Origin: Escherichia phage APCEc01
Reading direction: 5' to 3' (one strand)
Sequence record: NC_029091.1
Length of the DNA: 64,000 bases
Positions 11,245-20,173 of the stretch are shown in pieces. The position numbers were made by a program, and so were the translations under genes. The notes beneath the pieces are model-generated. The model did no database searches, had not been told where the DNA came from, and saw only the letters and a list, made by a program, of their open reading frames with translations. Every line of letters starts with the position of its first letter. Positions within the stretch are counted from its first letter, which is position 1.

Positions 11245-11979
11245 ATGGAGCTAATCTTTTTAAGTGGCATCAAACGTAGTGGTAAAGACACCACTGCTGA
11301 TTACATCAATTCAAACTTTAAATCCGTAAAATACCAATTAGCATATCCAATTAAAGACGCTCTAGCAATAGCCTGGGGACGTAGGCATGCTGAAAATCCT
11401 GATGTATTCACAGAGTTGAAATACGAATACTTTGAAGGCATTGGATACGACCGTGAAACACCATTAAATCTCAATAAGTTGGATGTTATTGAATTATTGG
11501 AAGAAGCGCTAATTTATTTGCAAAGTCAATATTTACCGATTAATAATGTTAAAGTATTATCATCGTTAGAAGGTGGATATTCGTATCTAGATATTAAACC
11601 ATATGAAGCCCTGCGTGAAGCTATAAATAATATCAACGACACATGGTCAATCCGCCGTCTTATGCAAGCCCTCGGTACGGATGTTGTCGTTAATTTATTT
11701 GACCGTATGTATTGGGTTAAACTTTTTGCATTAAACTATATGGATTATATTGGAAGTGATTTCGATTACTATGTTGTGACCGATACACGCCAAGTCCATG
11801 AAATGGAAACCGCTAGAGCGATGGGTGCTACAGTTATTCATGTGGTTCGCTCTGGTACGGAATCCACCGATAAACATATTACAGAAGCTGGGTTGCCTAT
11901 TGAAGAAGGCGATTTAGTTATTACAAACGACGGCTCTTTAGAAGAGCTTTATTCTAAAATTGAAACAATCTTAAGGTAA
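11245..11979 (+). CDS. 1: deoxynucleoside monophosphate kinase gp1
   Basis: 244-aa ORF starting MELIFLSGIKRSGKDTTADYINS with P-loop GxKRSGKDT, as in T4 gp1. Confidence 0.9.
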   Translation: MELIFLSGIKRSGKDTTADYINSNFKSVKYQLAYPIKDALAIAWGRRHAENPDVFTELKYEYFEGIGYDRETPLNLNKLDVIELLEEALIYLQSQYLPINNVKVLSSLEGGYSYLDIKPYEALREAINNINDTWSIRRLMQALGTDVVVNLFDRMYWVKLFALNYMDYIGSDFDYYVVTDTRQVHEMETARAMGATVIHVVRSGTESTDKHITEAGLPIEEGDLVITNDGSLEELYSKIETILR

Positions 11980-11983
11980 TAAA

Positions 11984-12669
<686 letters not shown>

Positions 12670-12682
12670 TTTTCACAAAACA

Positions 12683-12716
12683 GTTTACATAAAGATGATG
12701 GTGTGTTACTATCATC
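12683..12716 (+). promoter_or_regulatory. early promoter with stem-loop (GTTTACA -35, TACTAT -10)
   Basis: GTTTACA at 12683-12689, 17-bp spacer carrying inverted repeat GATGAT/ATCATC, -10 at 12707-12712. Confidence 0.55.
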
Positions 12717-12746
12717 CTATCAAATAAACAGCCTCAAGGAAATAAA

Positions 12747-13034
12747 ATGAAATCCTATAAAGAATTTATATCACCTTTTGCTAACGTTTCTACTCTGACC
12801 GAAGCAACCCTTACTTCCGAAGTTATTAAAGCAAATAAAGGACGTGAGGGTAAACCAATGATTAGCCTGGTTGACGGCGAAGAAGTAAAAGGTACTGTTT
12901 ACTTAGGGGATGGATGGTCTGCTAAGAAAGACGGCGCTACTATTGTTATCTCTCCGGCCGAAGAGACTGCACTGTTTAAAGCTAAGCATATTTCTGTAGC
13001 TCAGCTTAAAATTATTGCAAAAACTCTTCTGTAA
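12747..13034 (+). CDS. internal protein candidate with capsid-targeting N-terminus (IPI-like by position)
   Basis: 95-aa ORF starting MKSYKEFIS, resembling the T4 internal-protein leader MKTYQEFIAE; sits next to 57B where T4 has ipI. Confidence 0.7.
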   Translation: MKSYKEFISPFANVSTLTEATLTSEVIKANKGREGKPMISLVDGEEVKGTVYLGDGWSAKKDGATIVISPAEETALFKAKHISVAQLKIIAKTLL

Positions 13035-13037
13035 GTA

Positions 13038-13080
13038 GTTTACATGCTGATAGGACTATGTTATAGTAGTCCTATCAAAA
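13038..13080 (+). promoter_or_regulatory. early promoter with stem-loop, repeat family A
   Basis: GTTTACA at 13038-13044, TATAGT at 13062-13067, palindrome ATAGGACTAT...ATAGTAGTCCTAT spanning the -10. Confidence 0.6.
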
Positions 13081-13104
13081 CAAATGAGTAAATGGAGAAA
13101 TAAA

Positions 13105-13290
13105 ATGAAACGCGCTGAACTGATTCGTAATGTTGCTGTAGTAATTGCTTCAATGGCTTTTAGTTTTTCGATGTTTGTAGGATTCATTTGCGGACTACTG
13201 ACAACAACTGAAAATTCTATCTCATTGGTAGTAGCATTTCTAATCGGTTTAATCGCTATCGTTATGGATAAAATTGCAAAAGGTGAGTAA
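13105..13290 (+). CDS. small hydrophobic membrane protein
   Basis: 61-aa product from ATG after GGAG; single hydrophobic segment. Confidence 0.5.
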   Translation: MKRAELIRNVAVVIASMAFSFSMFVGFICGLLTTTENSISLVVAFLIGLIAIVMDKIAKGE

Positions 13291-13291
13291 A

Positions 13292-13654
13292 ATGAAATAT
13301 CACGTATATGCGGATTTTGAAGCAAATCCTTCTAAAGACCCTGATTGTCGTTTGATACGCAAACCATTTGATTCAGCAGCTCAAGCATGGACTTGGATTA
13401 AATCTAAATCGCCTGGTTATATGTTCTTTGAAGTAGTCGATGACAATGGTACACTGCATCCAGAACCTACAGAAACTATTAATTTCCTTCTGTTTGCTGG
13501 TTACGACTGTTATCCTCTTGGTGGTATTGATGATCTTGTTGCTACAGGAAAAACTGTTGAGGCTCTTCGCGAAATTTATAAAAACGCAGAAGAAAATTTT
13601 GACTGGTACCAGATTGTCAGTGCACATACTTTTGAAGTGGTGGAACACTCATGA
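13292..13654 (+). CDS. hypothetical protein
   Basis: 120-aa product from ATG after GGTGAG RBS; no recognisable family. Confidence 0.55.
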   Translation: MKYHVYADFEANPSKDPDCRLIRKPFDSAAQAWTWIKSKSPGYMFFEVVDDNGTLHPEPTETINFLLFAGYDCYPLGGIDDLVATGKTVEALREIYKNAEENFDWYQIVSAHTFEVVEHS

Positions 13655-13941
13655 TTCTTTACGCTAAAGTAAAATCTGTCGAGAACGGATATGAAAGCGA
13701 TCAACGTGCAGCTAAAGCACTAGTCGATGACTATGGTATTTTGACTAATTTTGAAGTTGAAAAGGTTTATATCGACCGTTCATCTTCGCAAGTTAAATTA
13801 CTCTGTGAAGATGATAAATTTAACACAGTTAACTTTGATTTCTTTATTGAAACAGAAAAAGGCCCTCTTGAATATGATATTTTCAAGAATCCTTTGAAAT
13901 TACGTTGCATTGAATATAATTACATTAATATGGTACGGTGA
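13651..13941 (+). CDS. hypothetical protein
   Basis: 96-aa ORF, start overlaps upstream stop. Confidence 0.5.
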   Translation: MILYAKVKSVENGYESDQRAAKALVDDYGILTNFEVEKVYIDRSSSQVKLLCEDDKFNTVNFDFFIETEKGPLEYDIFKNPLKLRCIEYNYINMVR

Positions 13942-13945
13942 GTAA

Positions 13946-14461
13946 ATGAATATTTGTTTAGGCAGTACAATTCCTAAGGGTTACGTAATTGATGTCACTA
14001 CTTGGGAAAATGACGGCGACAACTATAAAACTAAAACGTTGTTTGGTGTAGAAGAGCATGAGCTCCAACAGTTTAAATATCTCTTGAAGAAATTTAAGAG
14101 TCGTCATTCCAGCACTAAAGCTGAACGTTACTGTGGTAATACACCATTCAGTGATTGCTCGCTTTTAATCTATGAATACTTGGTTGAAGGACTGTTCTCA
14201 GACCAGCTTTATCCAGAATTCATTAAAAAGGTCTTTGGTATTGAAGTCGACCTTGGTAATAAATCTGAAGAAGACGAATCGCGTGTATTTGACCTGTTCC
14301 ATGAGAATGGATATTTAGTATCAGAAGGTCTCATTGATATTCTTGGCCATGCTTCTGAATATTATGATTATGATTTCTTGCGTGTAGTTGAATGTGTTGA
14401 ATTTGCTTATATTGAAGAAGAAATCGTTTTGCCGACTGTTAAAATGATTGATTTGCTTTAA
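13946..14461 (+). CDS. hypothetical protein
   Basis: 171-aa ORF after GGTGAG RBS. Confidence 0.55.
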   Translation: MNICLGSTIPKGYVIDVTTWENDGDNYKTKTLFGVEEHELQQFKYLLKKFKSRHSSTKAERYCGNTPFSDCSLLIYEYLVEGLFSDQLYPEFIKKVFGIEVDLGNKSEEDESRVFDLFHENGYLVSEGLIDILGHASEYYDYDFLRVVECVEFAYIEEEIVLPTVKMIDLL

Positions 14462-14540
14462 GAATTATGTGTTATTATTAATTCATACCCTCTATTACCA
14501 AAGGTGCTCTAAAGTGCCTTTCATAATAGAAAGTTATTTA

Positions 14541-14614
14541 GGCCCTGTAGCTCAATGGTTAGCAGCAGTCCCCTCATAAGGGAAAGGTTACCAGTTCGAA
14601 TCTGGTCTGGGTCA
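14541..14614 (+). tRNA. tRNA with CAT anticodon (Met, or Ile if C34 is modified)
   Basis: Cloverleaf: acceptor GGCCCTG/CTGGGTC, T-arm ACCAG-TTCGAAT-CTGGT, anticodon loop CTCATAA; no encoded CCA. Confidence 0.75.
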
Positions 14615-14620
14615 TATATT

Positions 14621-14697
<77 letters not shown>

Positions 14698-14715
14698 ACT
14701 TTAAGTGAGGAAAAT

Positions 14716-15060
14716 ATGAAAGGTAATATTTATCTGGTAGTTCATGATTTAACGTTTTATTTTAATGAACAGGATACAGTTATTTCCGACCGGTTGATTA
14801 ATTCGTTATATCAACACGCTGATTACGTTTATTTCCAAAATGAATTTGGCCATTGGAAGTTTCTTAAAAACCGTTCCGGGTTAACTAGTTTTGAATACTT
14901 TGACCGTAAAGACCTTTTAAACGAAATTCCATTACAACATCGGTTCCAGAAACGCGAATCACTATACTATTGTCGTCATATACCAAATGCTGAATGTGTT
15001 TATGAAGCGATTAATCTATGGCGTCGGCGTCGAGAGCAAATTGATGATATGCCAAAATAA
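14716..15060 (+). CDS. hypothetical protein
   Basis: 114-aa product from first ATG after RBS; the upstream ORF-track extension overlaps tRNA-Arg and is rejected. Confidence 0.5.
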   Translation: MKGNIYLVVHDLTFYFNEQDTVISDRLINSLYQHADYVYFQNEFGHWKFLKNRSGLTSFEYFDRKDLLNEIPLQHRFQKRESLYYCRHIPNAECVYEAINLWRRRREQIDDMPK

Positions 15061-15371
15061 GAAGCCGGGTCGCTACCGGCAAGTCGTCGGACTGATGTTC
15101 CCTGAGTAAGGACTGGTCTTAATAAATCTTTACGATTTGTTAATATCCCCTTACATCACAGCAGAAACGGCGCACAGAATTATCGATTCGAGGAAATATC
15201 TTTGTCGTAAGCCGAGTAGCGTTTTTGACGGAACGTTCGGATATGGTCGAGATATGGCCTTTTAAAAATATTGAGTAGCGTCAACTGCTTAATAACCGGG
15301 TTCGAATCCCGGCGTTTCGTACAAACACTTGCCTTAGCAGGTGGAACCCCGACAAGGTTGCCGCAAGGCTT
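15061..15371 (+). ncRNA. candidate small stable RNA region
   Basis: About 300 bp without a credible ORF, GC-rich paired segments and a tRNA-like T-arm (CCGGG-TTCGAAT-CCCGG), closed by a terminator; T4 has small stable RNAs next to its tRNAs. Confidence 0.3.
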
Positions 15372-15399
15372 AGCCCCTTCCGAAAGGTCGGGGCTTTTT
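15372..15399 (+). terminator. intrinsic terminator (GCCCC..GGGGC plus T5)
   Basis: AGCCCCTTCCGAAAGGTCGGGGCTTTTT. Confidence 0.7.
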
Positions 15400-15444
15400 G
15401 GCATAATAATAAATAGATAAGTTAATTAACTTAGGAAAAGCAAC

Positions 15445-15909
15445 ATGAAATCATACGCTGAATTTTTGACTGAACAATCTAGTTCAGATGTAAAAGCCGC
15501 TGCGATTGCAGCAATTCAAGCAGGTAAATATTCTTACAAAGACGCCTCTGATGAAGAACGTTTCCGTTTTATTAGAGATTTTAAAGCCGAAGGTTTTACT
15601 AATGCTAATACTGTTAGCCGAGTTTTTAAAAGCCTAGCTGCATCAGGTGAATTGTTCCAGAAAGCTACAGGTAAAGCACCTGCGCCAAAAACAGACCCTA
15701 AAGCAGCTCAAGAAAAAAATATCGCCAAAGGAATTATTTCTAAGTATGAAGCAATTCTTAAAGAGCTTTTAGTAATCAAAACAGAAGGCCAGAAACTGGC
15801 ACGAGCACATAGCTTCAAAGATAATCCTCACGCTCATAGCCTTGAGTATGTTGAAGATATCCAAAAACTTATTAAAGACCGTATCTGGTCTGCTAAACAA
15901 ATTAAATAA
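15445..15909 (+). CDS. internal protein candidate with capsid-targeting N-terminus
   Basis: 154-aa ORF starting MKSYAEFLTEQ. Confidence 0.65.
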   Translation: MKSYAEFLTEQSSSDVKAAAIAAIQAGKYSYKDASDEERFRFIRDFKAEGFTNANTVSRVFKSLAASGELFQKATGKAPAPKTDPKAAQEKNIAKGIISKYEAILKELLVIKTEGQKLARAHSFKDNPHAHSLEYVEDIQKLIKDRIWSAKQIK

Positions 15910-15914
15910 TAGAA

Positions 15915-15942
15915 TGCCCCTTCCTTATGGTTGGGGCCTTTT
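15915..15942 (+). terminator. intrinsic terminator-like hairpin
   Basis: TGCCCCTTCCTTATGGTTGGGGCCTTTTGG, variant of the hairpin at 15372. Confidence 0.5.
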
Positions 15943-15975
15943 GGTATCTAGGGCATAAAAATATTTCATAAAGAT

Positions 15976-16010
15976 GTTTACTTCTTCTAAGGACATGATA
16001 CTATAGACTT
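15976..16010 (+). promoter_or_regulatory. early promoter (GTTTACT -35, TACTAT -10)
   Basis: GTTTACT at 15976-15982, TACTAT at 15999-16004. Confidence 0.5.
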
Positions 16011-16032
16011 ATCAACCATAGAGGAAAATGTT

Positions 16033-16536
16033 ATGAGTCTTTACACTGAACTGAATAAAAAATCTGAAGAATCTGCTGAAACTATTTTTAAAAACGTGCA
16101 AAAGCGTATTTTGGAAAAGATGTACGATGCAGCATCTAAAGGTGAAAAATCTTGCCGGTTTCCGATGAGGTGTTCTTCTGATTTATGCGCAAATACTATT
16201 GAATGGCTGGAAAGTGAAGGTCTTACGGTAGAGAAAAACCCGGCGACTTCTATTGACGGCGAATCATATATTAGTATTTCTTGGGATAAATCAAGGGTAG
16301 AAGAGAAAGATGGTGATTGGGTTGTAGATGTTAAAACTTCTGATGGTGGACGTTCTGTTGAAGTTTCAGCTGTAGTTAAAGGCACCCACGAACAAAGGAC
16401 TTGGGGTTGGGGTGGTGAAGAAAAAGAAATTGTTCTTAGTGTGATTGCCAGGTCAACTAGTAATAAAATTGCACAAAGCATCATTGACGCTGCAATTGCT
16501 GAAGCAGAAAAAATTTGCAAAATTAAAAATAAATGA
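16033..16536 (+). CDS. hypothetical protein
   Basis: 167-aa ORF after AGAGGAAA RBS. Confidence 0.55.
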   Translation: MSLYTELNKKSEESAETIFKNVQKRILEKMYDAASKGEKSCRFPMRCSSDLCANTIEWLESEGLTVEKNPATSIDGESYISISWDKSRVEEKDGDWVVDVKTSDGGRSVEVSAVVKGTHEQRTWGWGGEEKEIVLSVIARSTSNKIAQSIIDAAIAEAEKICKIKNK

Positions 16537-16570
16537 TGTACAAACGCCAAGGATGGTGGTACTATAGACT
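16536..16570 (+). promoter_or_regulatory. early promoter with stem-loop
   Basis: ATGTACA -35, 17-bp spacer containing CCAAGGATGGTGG, TACTAT -10 at 16560-16565. Confidence 0.45.
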
Positions 16571-16595
16571 TATCAACTACAGAGGAGTAAACAAA

Positions 16596-16760
16596 ATGAC
16601 TACTTTAATTATTTGGTTCGATGAAAATGAAGAAACATACTGTGTGAATATTGGTGAAAGTCCAATGCCTGAATTTGAATCCTCGGATAAAAACTCTGTT
16701 GTATCTTGGGCTGAAGGTTATAAAGCAGCTAAAGGTGACGTTGAAATAATTTACATCTAA
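16596..16760 (+). CDS. hypothetical small protein
   Basis: 54-aa product from ATG after AGAGGAG; the longer ORF-track version would overlap the promoter. Confidence 0.45.
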   Translation: MTTLIIWFDENEETYCVNIGESPMPEFESSDKNSVVSWAEGYKAAKGDVEIIYI

Positions 16761-16806
16761 GTAAGTTTATGTTATAGTAATCACATCAAATCAAGAGGAA
16801 AATAAA

Positions 16807-17034
16807 ATGGCTAAAGTTAGTATTGATGTCGTTGATTATGAATACACCGAAGAAGTTATTCGCAACCGACACCCTGAAGTTCGTATCGATTCAGTCCAAG
16901 ATTCCAAGTTCTGGACAACTGAGCTTAATCTGAGTGGTCCTTATGAAGCTGTTAAGAAGTTCATGGTTGAAGAATACTGCGAAGGCATGCACCCCGAAGA
17001 CGCCAAGTTTTATGTCAATTTGATTAAAAAATAA
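16807..17034 (+). CDS. hypothetical protein
   Basis: 75-aa ORF after AGAGGAAAA RBS. Confidence 0.5.
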   Translation: MAKVSIDVVDYEYTEEVIRNRHPEVRIDSVQDSKFWTTELNLSGPYEAVKKFMVEEYCEGMHPEDAKFYVNLIKK

Positions 17035-17071
17035 TTTACAAACTCTTGAGAGCAGAGTATAATGCTCTCAT
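17034..17071 (+). promoter_or_regulatory. early promoter with stem-loop
   Basis: TTTACA at 17035-17040, TATAAT at 17058-17063, inverted repeat TGAGAGCA/TGCTCTCA across the -10. Confidence 0.55.
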
Positions 17072-17104
17072 CGGATAACAAACCACCAATTGAAAGGTAA
17101 TAAT

Positions 17105-17698
17105 ATGAACACACTGAAGAAACTTGTTGAATTCATCCGCACTAAACTTGGTACTGCTATGGCTAAAAATCTGACTGTCGAAGAACAGTATAACGCAGCT
17201 GCAGATAAGTTGATTACCCAAATCAAAGAACTAAAAACGGCTTCTGTTAAATCTATTAATGAAGAAAAACGTATTCGCGAACTTGTTAATGAAAAGAACA
17301 AACAAGCCGCTTCTAAGGAACGTGAAATTCGTAAGCTCTTGGCTGAAGGACAAGATGTTACCATGCATGCTAAGCTTGGTCTTCTGTATCGTCGAACTGC
17401 CGAACAACTTAATACAAAGGCTGACGGGTATGCCGCTATGCGAATTGAAATTGCTCGTAAGGTGGTTGAACTTGATGATGCTCGTCAGAATCTGGCAATC
17501 AAACTCGAATACATTCGTGAAACTCGAGCAGCCAATGCCCTTGGTATCTCTACGGCTGATGATGTAATTGAAATCGCTGCACTGACTAAGGTTGATATCG
17601 AAGACACTCTGACTCGTGTTGAAACGTTCAATGGCACTCCAGCCGGTGTCGAAACCACTTCTGCTGATGTACAAGAATATATTAACTCTTTGAAATAA
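17105..17698 (+). CDS. hypothetical coiled-coil protein
   Basis: 197-aa product, Lys/Glu/Ala-rich heptad-like sequence. Confidence 0.55.
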   Translation: MNTLKKLVEFIRTKLGTAMAKNLTVEEQYNAAADKLITQIKELKTASVKSINEEKRIRELVNEKNKQAASKEREIRKLLAEGQDVTMHAKLGLLYRRTAEQLNTKADGYAAMRIEIARKVVELDDARQNLAIKLEYIRETRAANALGISTADDVIEIAALTKVDIEDTLTRVETFNGTPAGVETTSADVQEYINSLK

Positions 17699-17705
17699 AA
17701 TAATA

Positions 17706-17728
17706 CGGAGGACTCCGGTCCTCCTTTT
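17706..17728 (+). terminator. intrinsic terminator
   Basis: GGAGGAC-TCCG-GTCCTCC followed by TTTT. Confidence 0.65.
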
Positions 17729-17747
17729 GGATAATAAAGGAGTTAAC

Positions 17748-18350
17748 ATGCGAAACCAAAATAATGATATTGACTCAATGTTCGAAGAGTTCCGAGATAA
17801 GGTAAATCCACCTACGTCTTTAGTTGATTCATTACGATATGTTGCAACCGGACGTAAATGGTACTGGTCGTCTTCTTATGAGACTACTGAGAAAACGGCT
17901 AGCCATAGCAGAAAATCTTTATTAGCCCCAGGTATTATGATTCATGATATCGGAGCTATTGCTAAACTAGTTGCAGACCATGATATTAGATTCACCGATT
18001 TCGTTGCTCCTACATGGTCTGTTTGTTGTTTAAACACTGAATGGGAATATATCAGCGAACGCTCTAAAGATTATTATGGTTTTAGAGATAAGCTTCTGAG
18101 GTCTAACATGTTTTATATTGATACAGAAGTTCTGGTCAATAATAAAAAATACTACTTCACTTTAATCGTCGATTCTGAAACTATGTATGAAGGCGGGCCT
18201 TTGCTTAAGAGAGTTGATGCTTTAAGTGCTATTGATGCGCTTTATGAAACTATGGTTGTTAGTCCTAATTTCACTAACAATTTAATCCTTGAGCAATTTA
18301 TTATGGAATGTAGAGAATATGTCAAAGCCAACCCTGTACATGCCAATTAA
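17748..18350 (+). CDS. hypothetical protein; C-terminus has FIMECR motif
   Basis: 200-aa product from ATG after GGAG; ends ...EQFIMECREYVKANPVHAN. Confidence 0.5.
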   Translation: MRNQNNDIDSMFEEFRDKVNPPTSLVDSLRYVATGRKWYWSSSYETTEKTASHSRKSLLAPGIMIHDIGAIAKLVADHDIRFTDFVAPTWSVCCLNTEWEYISERSKDYYGFRDKLLRSNMFYIDTEVLVNNKKYYFTLIVDSETMYEGGPLLKRVDALSAIDALYETMVVSPNFTNNLILEQFIMECREYVKANPVHAN

Positions 18351-18714
18351 GCCCTGGGCATACGAATACAAGCGTAAATTAATCCCAAATGAAGTACTAT
18401 TTGGCCCTATTTTAGCTTTAGCATTTTTAATCTTTATGATTATAGGAGCTGTTTTAGATTCCAATAAAGTTATATCGTCTGATGCAGCATTTTCATTAAT
18501 GTTCGTCGCACCACTTATTGTACCGTTTTTATTAATGCCTATTAATTGGGTAGGATATTGGCACCAAGGCCGTCATCACAGAGCTCGAGTAAGAGAATGG
18601 AAAGTTCAGTGCGCAAAAGCCCAAGCTCAGTATGATGAAGCTGTTAAAAAGTATGAATATGAAGAAGCTATGGAATTCGTTAAGGAAATAAGATGCAAAA
18701 GCCTCAACTCTTAA
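18319..18714 (+). CDS. hypothetical membrane protein
   Basis: 131-aa product with two hydrophobic segments; overlaps the upstream gene end. Confidence 0.45.
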   Translation: MSKPTLYMPIKPWAYEYKRKLIPNEVLFGPILALAFLIFMIIGAVLDSNKVISSDAAFSLMFVAPLIVPFLLMPINWVGYWHQGRHHRARVREWKVQCAKAQAQYDEAVKKYEYEEAMEFVKEIRCKSLNS

Positions 18715-19052
18715 CCGTATGGCCTTCTCTTGGTGAGAACATTCTAATTTTTATTATGAGTATTGGCATGGGATTTGCCTTTGGATTAGTTGGATTTCTT
18801 ATTGACGGCGTTGTGTTAGGATTTATAGGGAACACTGGTGGATTCACAGACCAATGGCAGGACTTACGGTATACCCAAGCCTTTGCATCCATCGCATCAT
18901 TTTGTACTGTAGTCTATTTTTACTACGATTTTATAAACCACAACAAGAAAAATAAAAAGGTTTACGCTTCTCAAATGATTAGTTATAATGAACTCCTAGC
19001 TAGACGTGAAAATGAAACAATCGAAAACTTTATTAAGGAATGTAGAAAATGA
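18693..19052 (+). CDS. hypothetical membrane protein; C-terminal NFIKECR motif
   Basis: 119 aa, hydrophobic N-terminal half, ends ...ETIENFIKECRK. Confidence 0.5.
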   Translation: MQKPQLLTVWPSLGENILIFIMSIGMGFAFGLVGFLIDGVVLGFIGNTGGFTDQWQDLRYTQAFASIASFCTVVYFYYDFINHNKKNKKVYASQMISYNELLARRENETIENFIKECRK

Positions 19053-19354
19053 GTAAGATTATTGAAATTAAAGTACCAGAGTTTAATGATGCCAAATCCG
19101 CTTCAGATGCAATTTATAAACTTCTGAATCAAGCTGAACGTATCGAAGAAGAAGCAACAAAGATCGCAGACCAATATGCCGTATCATTTTCTGTAGGTGA
19201 TTATGGTAGCGGTCGTACTTATTATCCTAAGGGTGAAATCGTATCCCAGTGGATGAAAGATGAAATTGAAAATAATGGCGGCGATGTTAAGCGTGAAGGT
19301 AATGGATACGTTATTACTGAAGGTGCTTGGGTTTCGTCTTCTGCGTTGTGCTAA
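19049..19354 (+). CDS. small protein, tandem paralog A (C-terminal GAWVSSSALC)
   Basis: 101 aa; shares DYGSGRTYYP and GWVxSS..C motifs with the next two ORFs. Confidence 0.5.
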   Translation: MSKIIEIKVPEFNDAKSASDAIYKLLNQAERIEEEATKIADQYAVSFSVGDYGSGRTYYPKGEIVSQWMKDEIENNGGDVKREGNGYVITEGAWVSSSALC

Positions 19355-19363
19355 GGAATCATT

Positions 19364-19636
19364 ATGTCTAAAGAACAAACCGAACTGGCTGAAGCTGTAG
19401 CAAAAATCTATGCAGCTATTGAGGCTGCCAAAGAAATTGCTGATAAACAAAACACAACATTCAACTTGTACCCAGCTTATGGTATGGGTGGAACCTATCA
19501 TTCACCCGGACATCTTAAAGCCGATCTTGAACGTTGTACAAAAAACGGCTATGCTGAATGGGCTGACGTTTACCAATACGACTACAACCTGAGCCTCGAA
19601 ACTGGTGGTTGGGTCGCATCTTCTCACACTTGCTAA
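19364..19636 (+). CDS. small protein, tandem paralog B (C-terminal GGWVASSHTC)
   Basis: 90 aa; gene junction TGCTAAGGAAnCAnTATGTCT identical to paralog A. Confidence 0.5.
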   Translation: MSKEQTELAEAVAKIYAAIEAAKEIADKQNTTFNLYPAYGMGGTYHSPGHLKADLERCTKNGYAEWADVYQYDYNLSLETGGWVASSHTC

Positions 19637-19645
19637 GGAAACAAT

Positions 19646-19843
19646 ATGTCTCGTGAATTAGATTGTGCTGTACGTACGGCAGTAGCTGCTCTGGAAAACC
19701 TGTTCCAAATTGCAACAGAAGAACGCGAAGAAGTTACATTATGGATTGAAGATAACGCAGGTCTGAATCTCCAGGACGCGATCTCATTATCCCACAATAG
19801 TATCACTGTTCAAGGCTGGGTATCATCTAGTTATTCTTGCTAA
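19646..19843 (+). CDS. small protein, tandem paralog C (C-terminal QGWVSSSYSC)
   Basis: 65 aa, same C-terminal motif. Confidence 0.45.
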   Translation: MSRELDCAVRTAVAALENLFQIATEEREEVTLWIEDNAGLNLQDAISLSHNSITVQGWVSSSYSC

Positions 19844-19847
19844 AACA

Positions 19848-19890
19848 GTTTACAACAAGATAGGGCTATGTTATAGTAGTCCTATCAAAA
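19848..19890 (+). promoter_or_regulatory. early promoter with stem-loop, repeat family A
   Basis: GTTTACA at 19848-19854, TATAGT at 19872-19877, palindrome ATAGGGCTAT...ATAGTAGTCCTAT. Confidence 0.6.
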
Positions 19891-19905
19891 CAAATGGAGT
19901 CCACA

Positions 19906-20145
19906 ATGATTTATTACGAAAGTATCGGAACCAAAGTGGTTAGTAAAACCATTACTCGTGAAAAGTTTGCAAAGATATTCGATATGCGTTATAAAAAATC
20001 TGAACACAAAGGCATCCGATTCGAAGATGCGCACTGTACAATTTGCCCTTATAATGAAGACATAAACGGTACAATCGTTCCATTGGTAGAGGCTTCACAT
20101 GATGACCTCTGGGATGAATATAATATCGCATGTCGTGAAATTTAA
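19906..20145 (+). CDS. hypothetical protein
   Basis: 79-aa product from ATG after GGAG. Confidence 0.5.
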   Translation: MIYYESIGTKVVSKTITREKFAKIFDMRYKKSEHKGIRFEDAHCTICPYNEDINGTIVPLVEASHDDLWDEYNIACREI

Positions 20146-20173
20146 GTTAATGAATTAATCCGAGGAAAATATT

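Noticed and set aside
15270-15330. Third tRNA suggested by a GGTTCGAATCC-like T-loop
   Set aside because: No acceptor stem, D-arm or anticodon arm can be built around it; kept only as part of the candidate stable-RNA region.
15180-15404. Minus-strand ORF of 74 aa
   Set aside because: Overlaps a plus-strand intrinsic terminator and the structured, probably RNA-coding, segment after the tRNAs; no RBS; every neighbouring gene is on the plus strand.
16041-17749. Minus-strand ORFs 16041..16550, 17036..17221, 17068..17364, 17231..17749
   Set aside because: Antisense to plus-strand genes with proper RBS and promoters; Ser/Leu/Phe-rich low-complexity translations.
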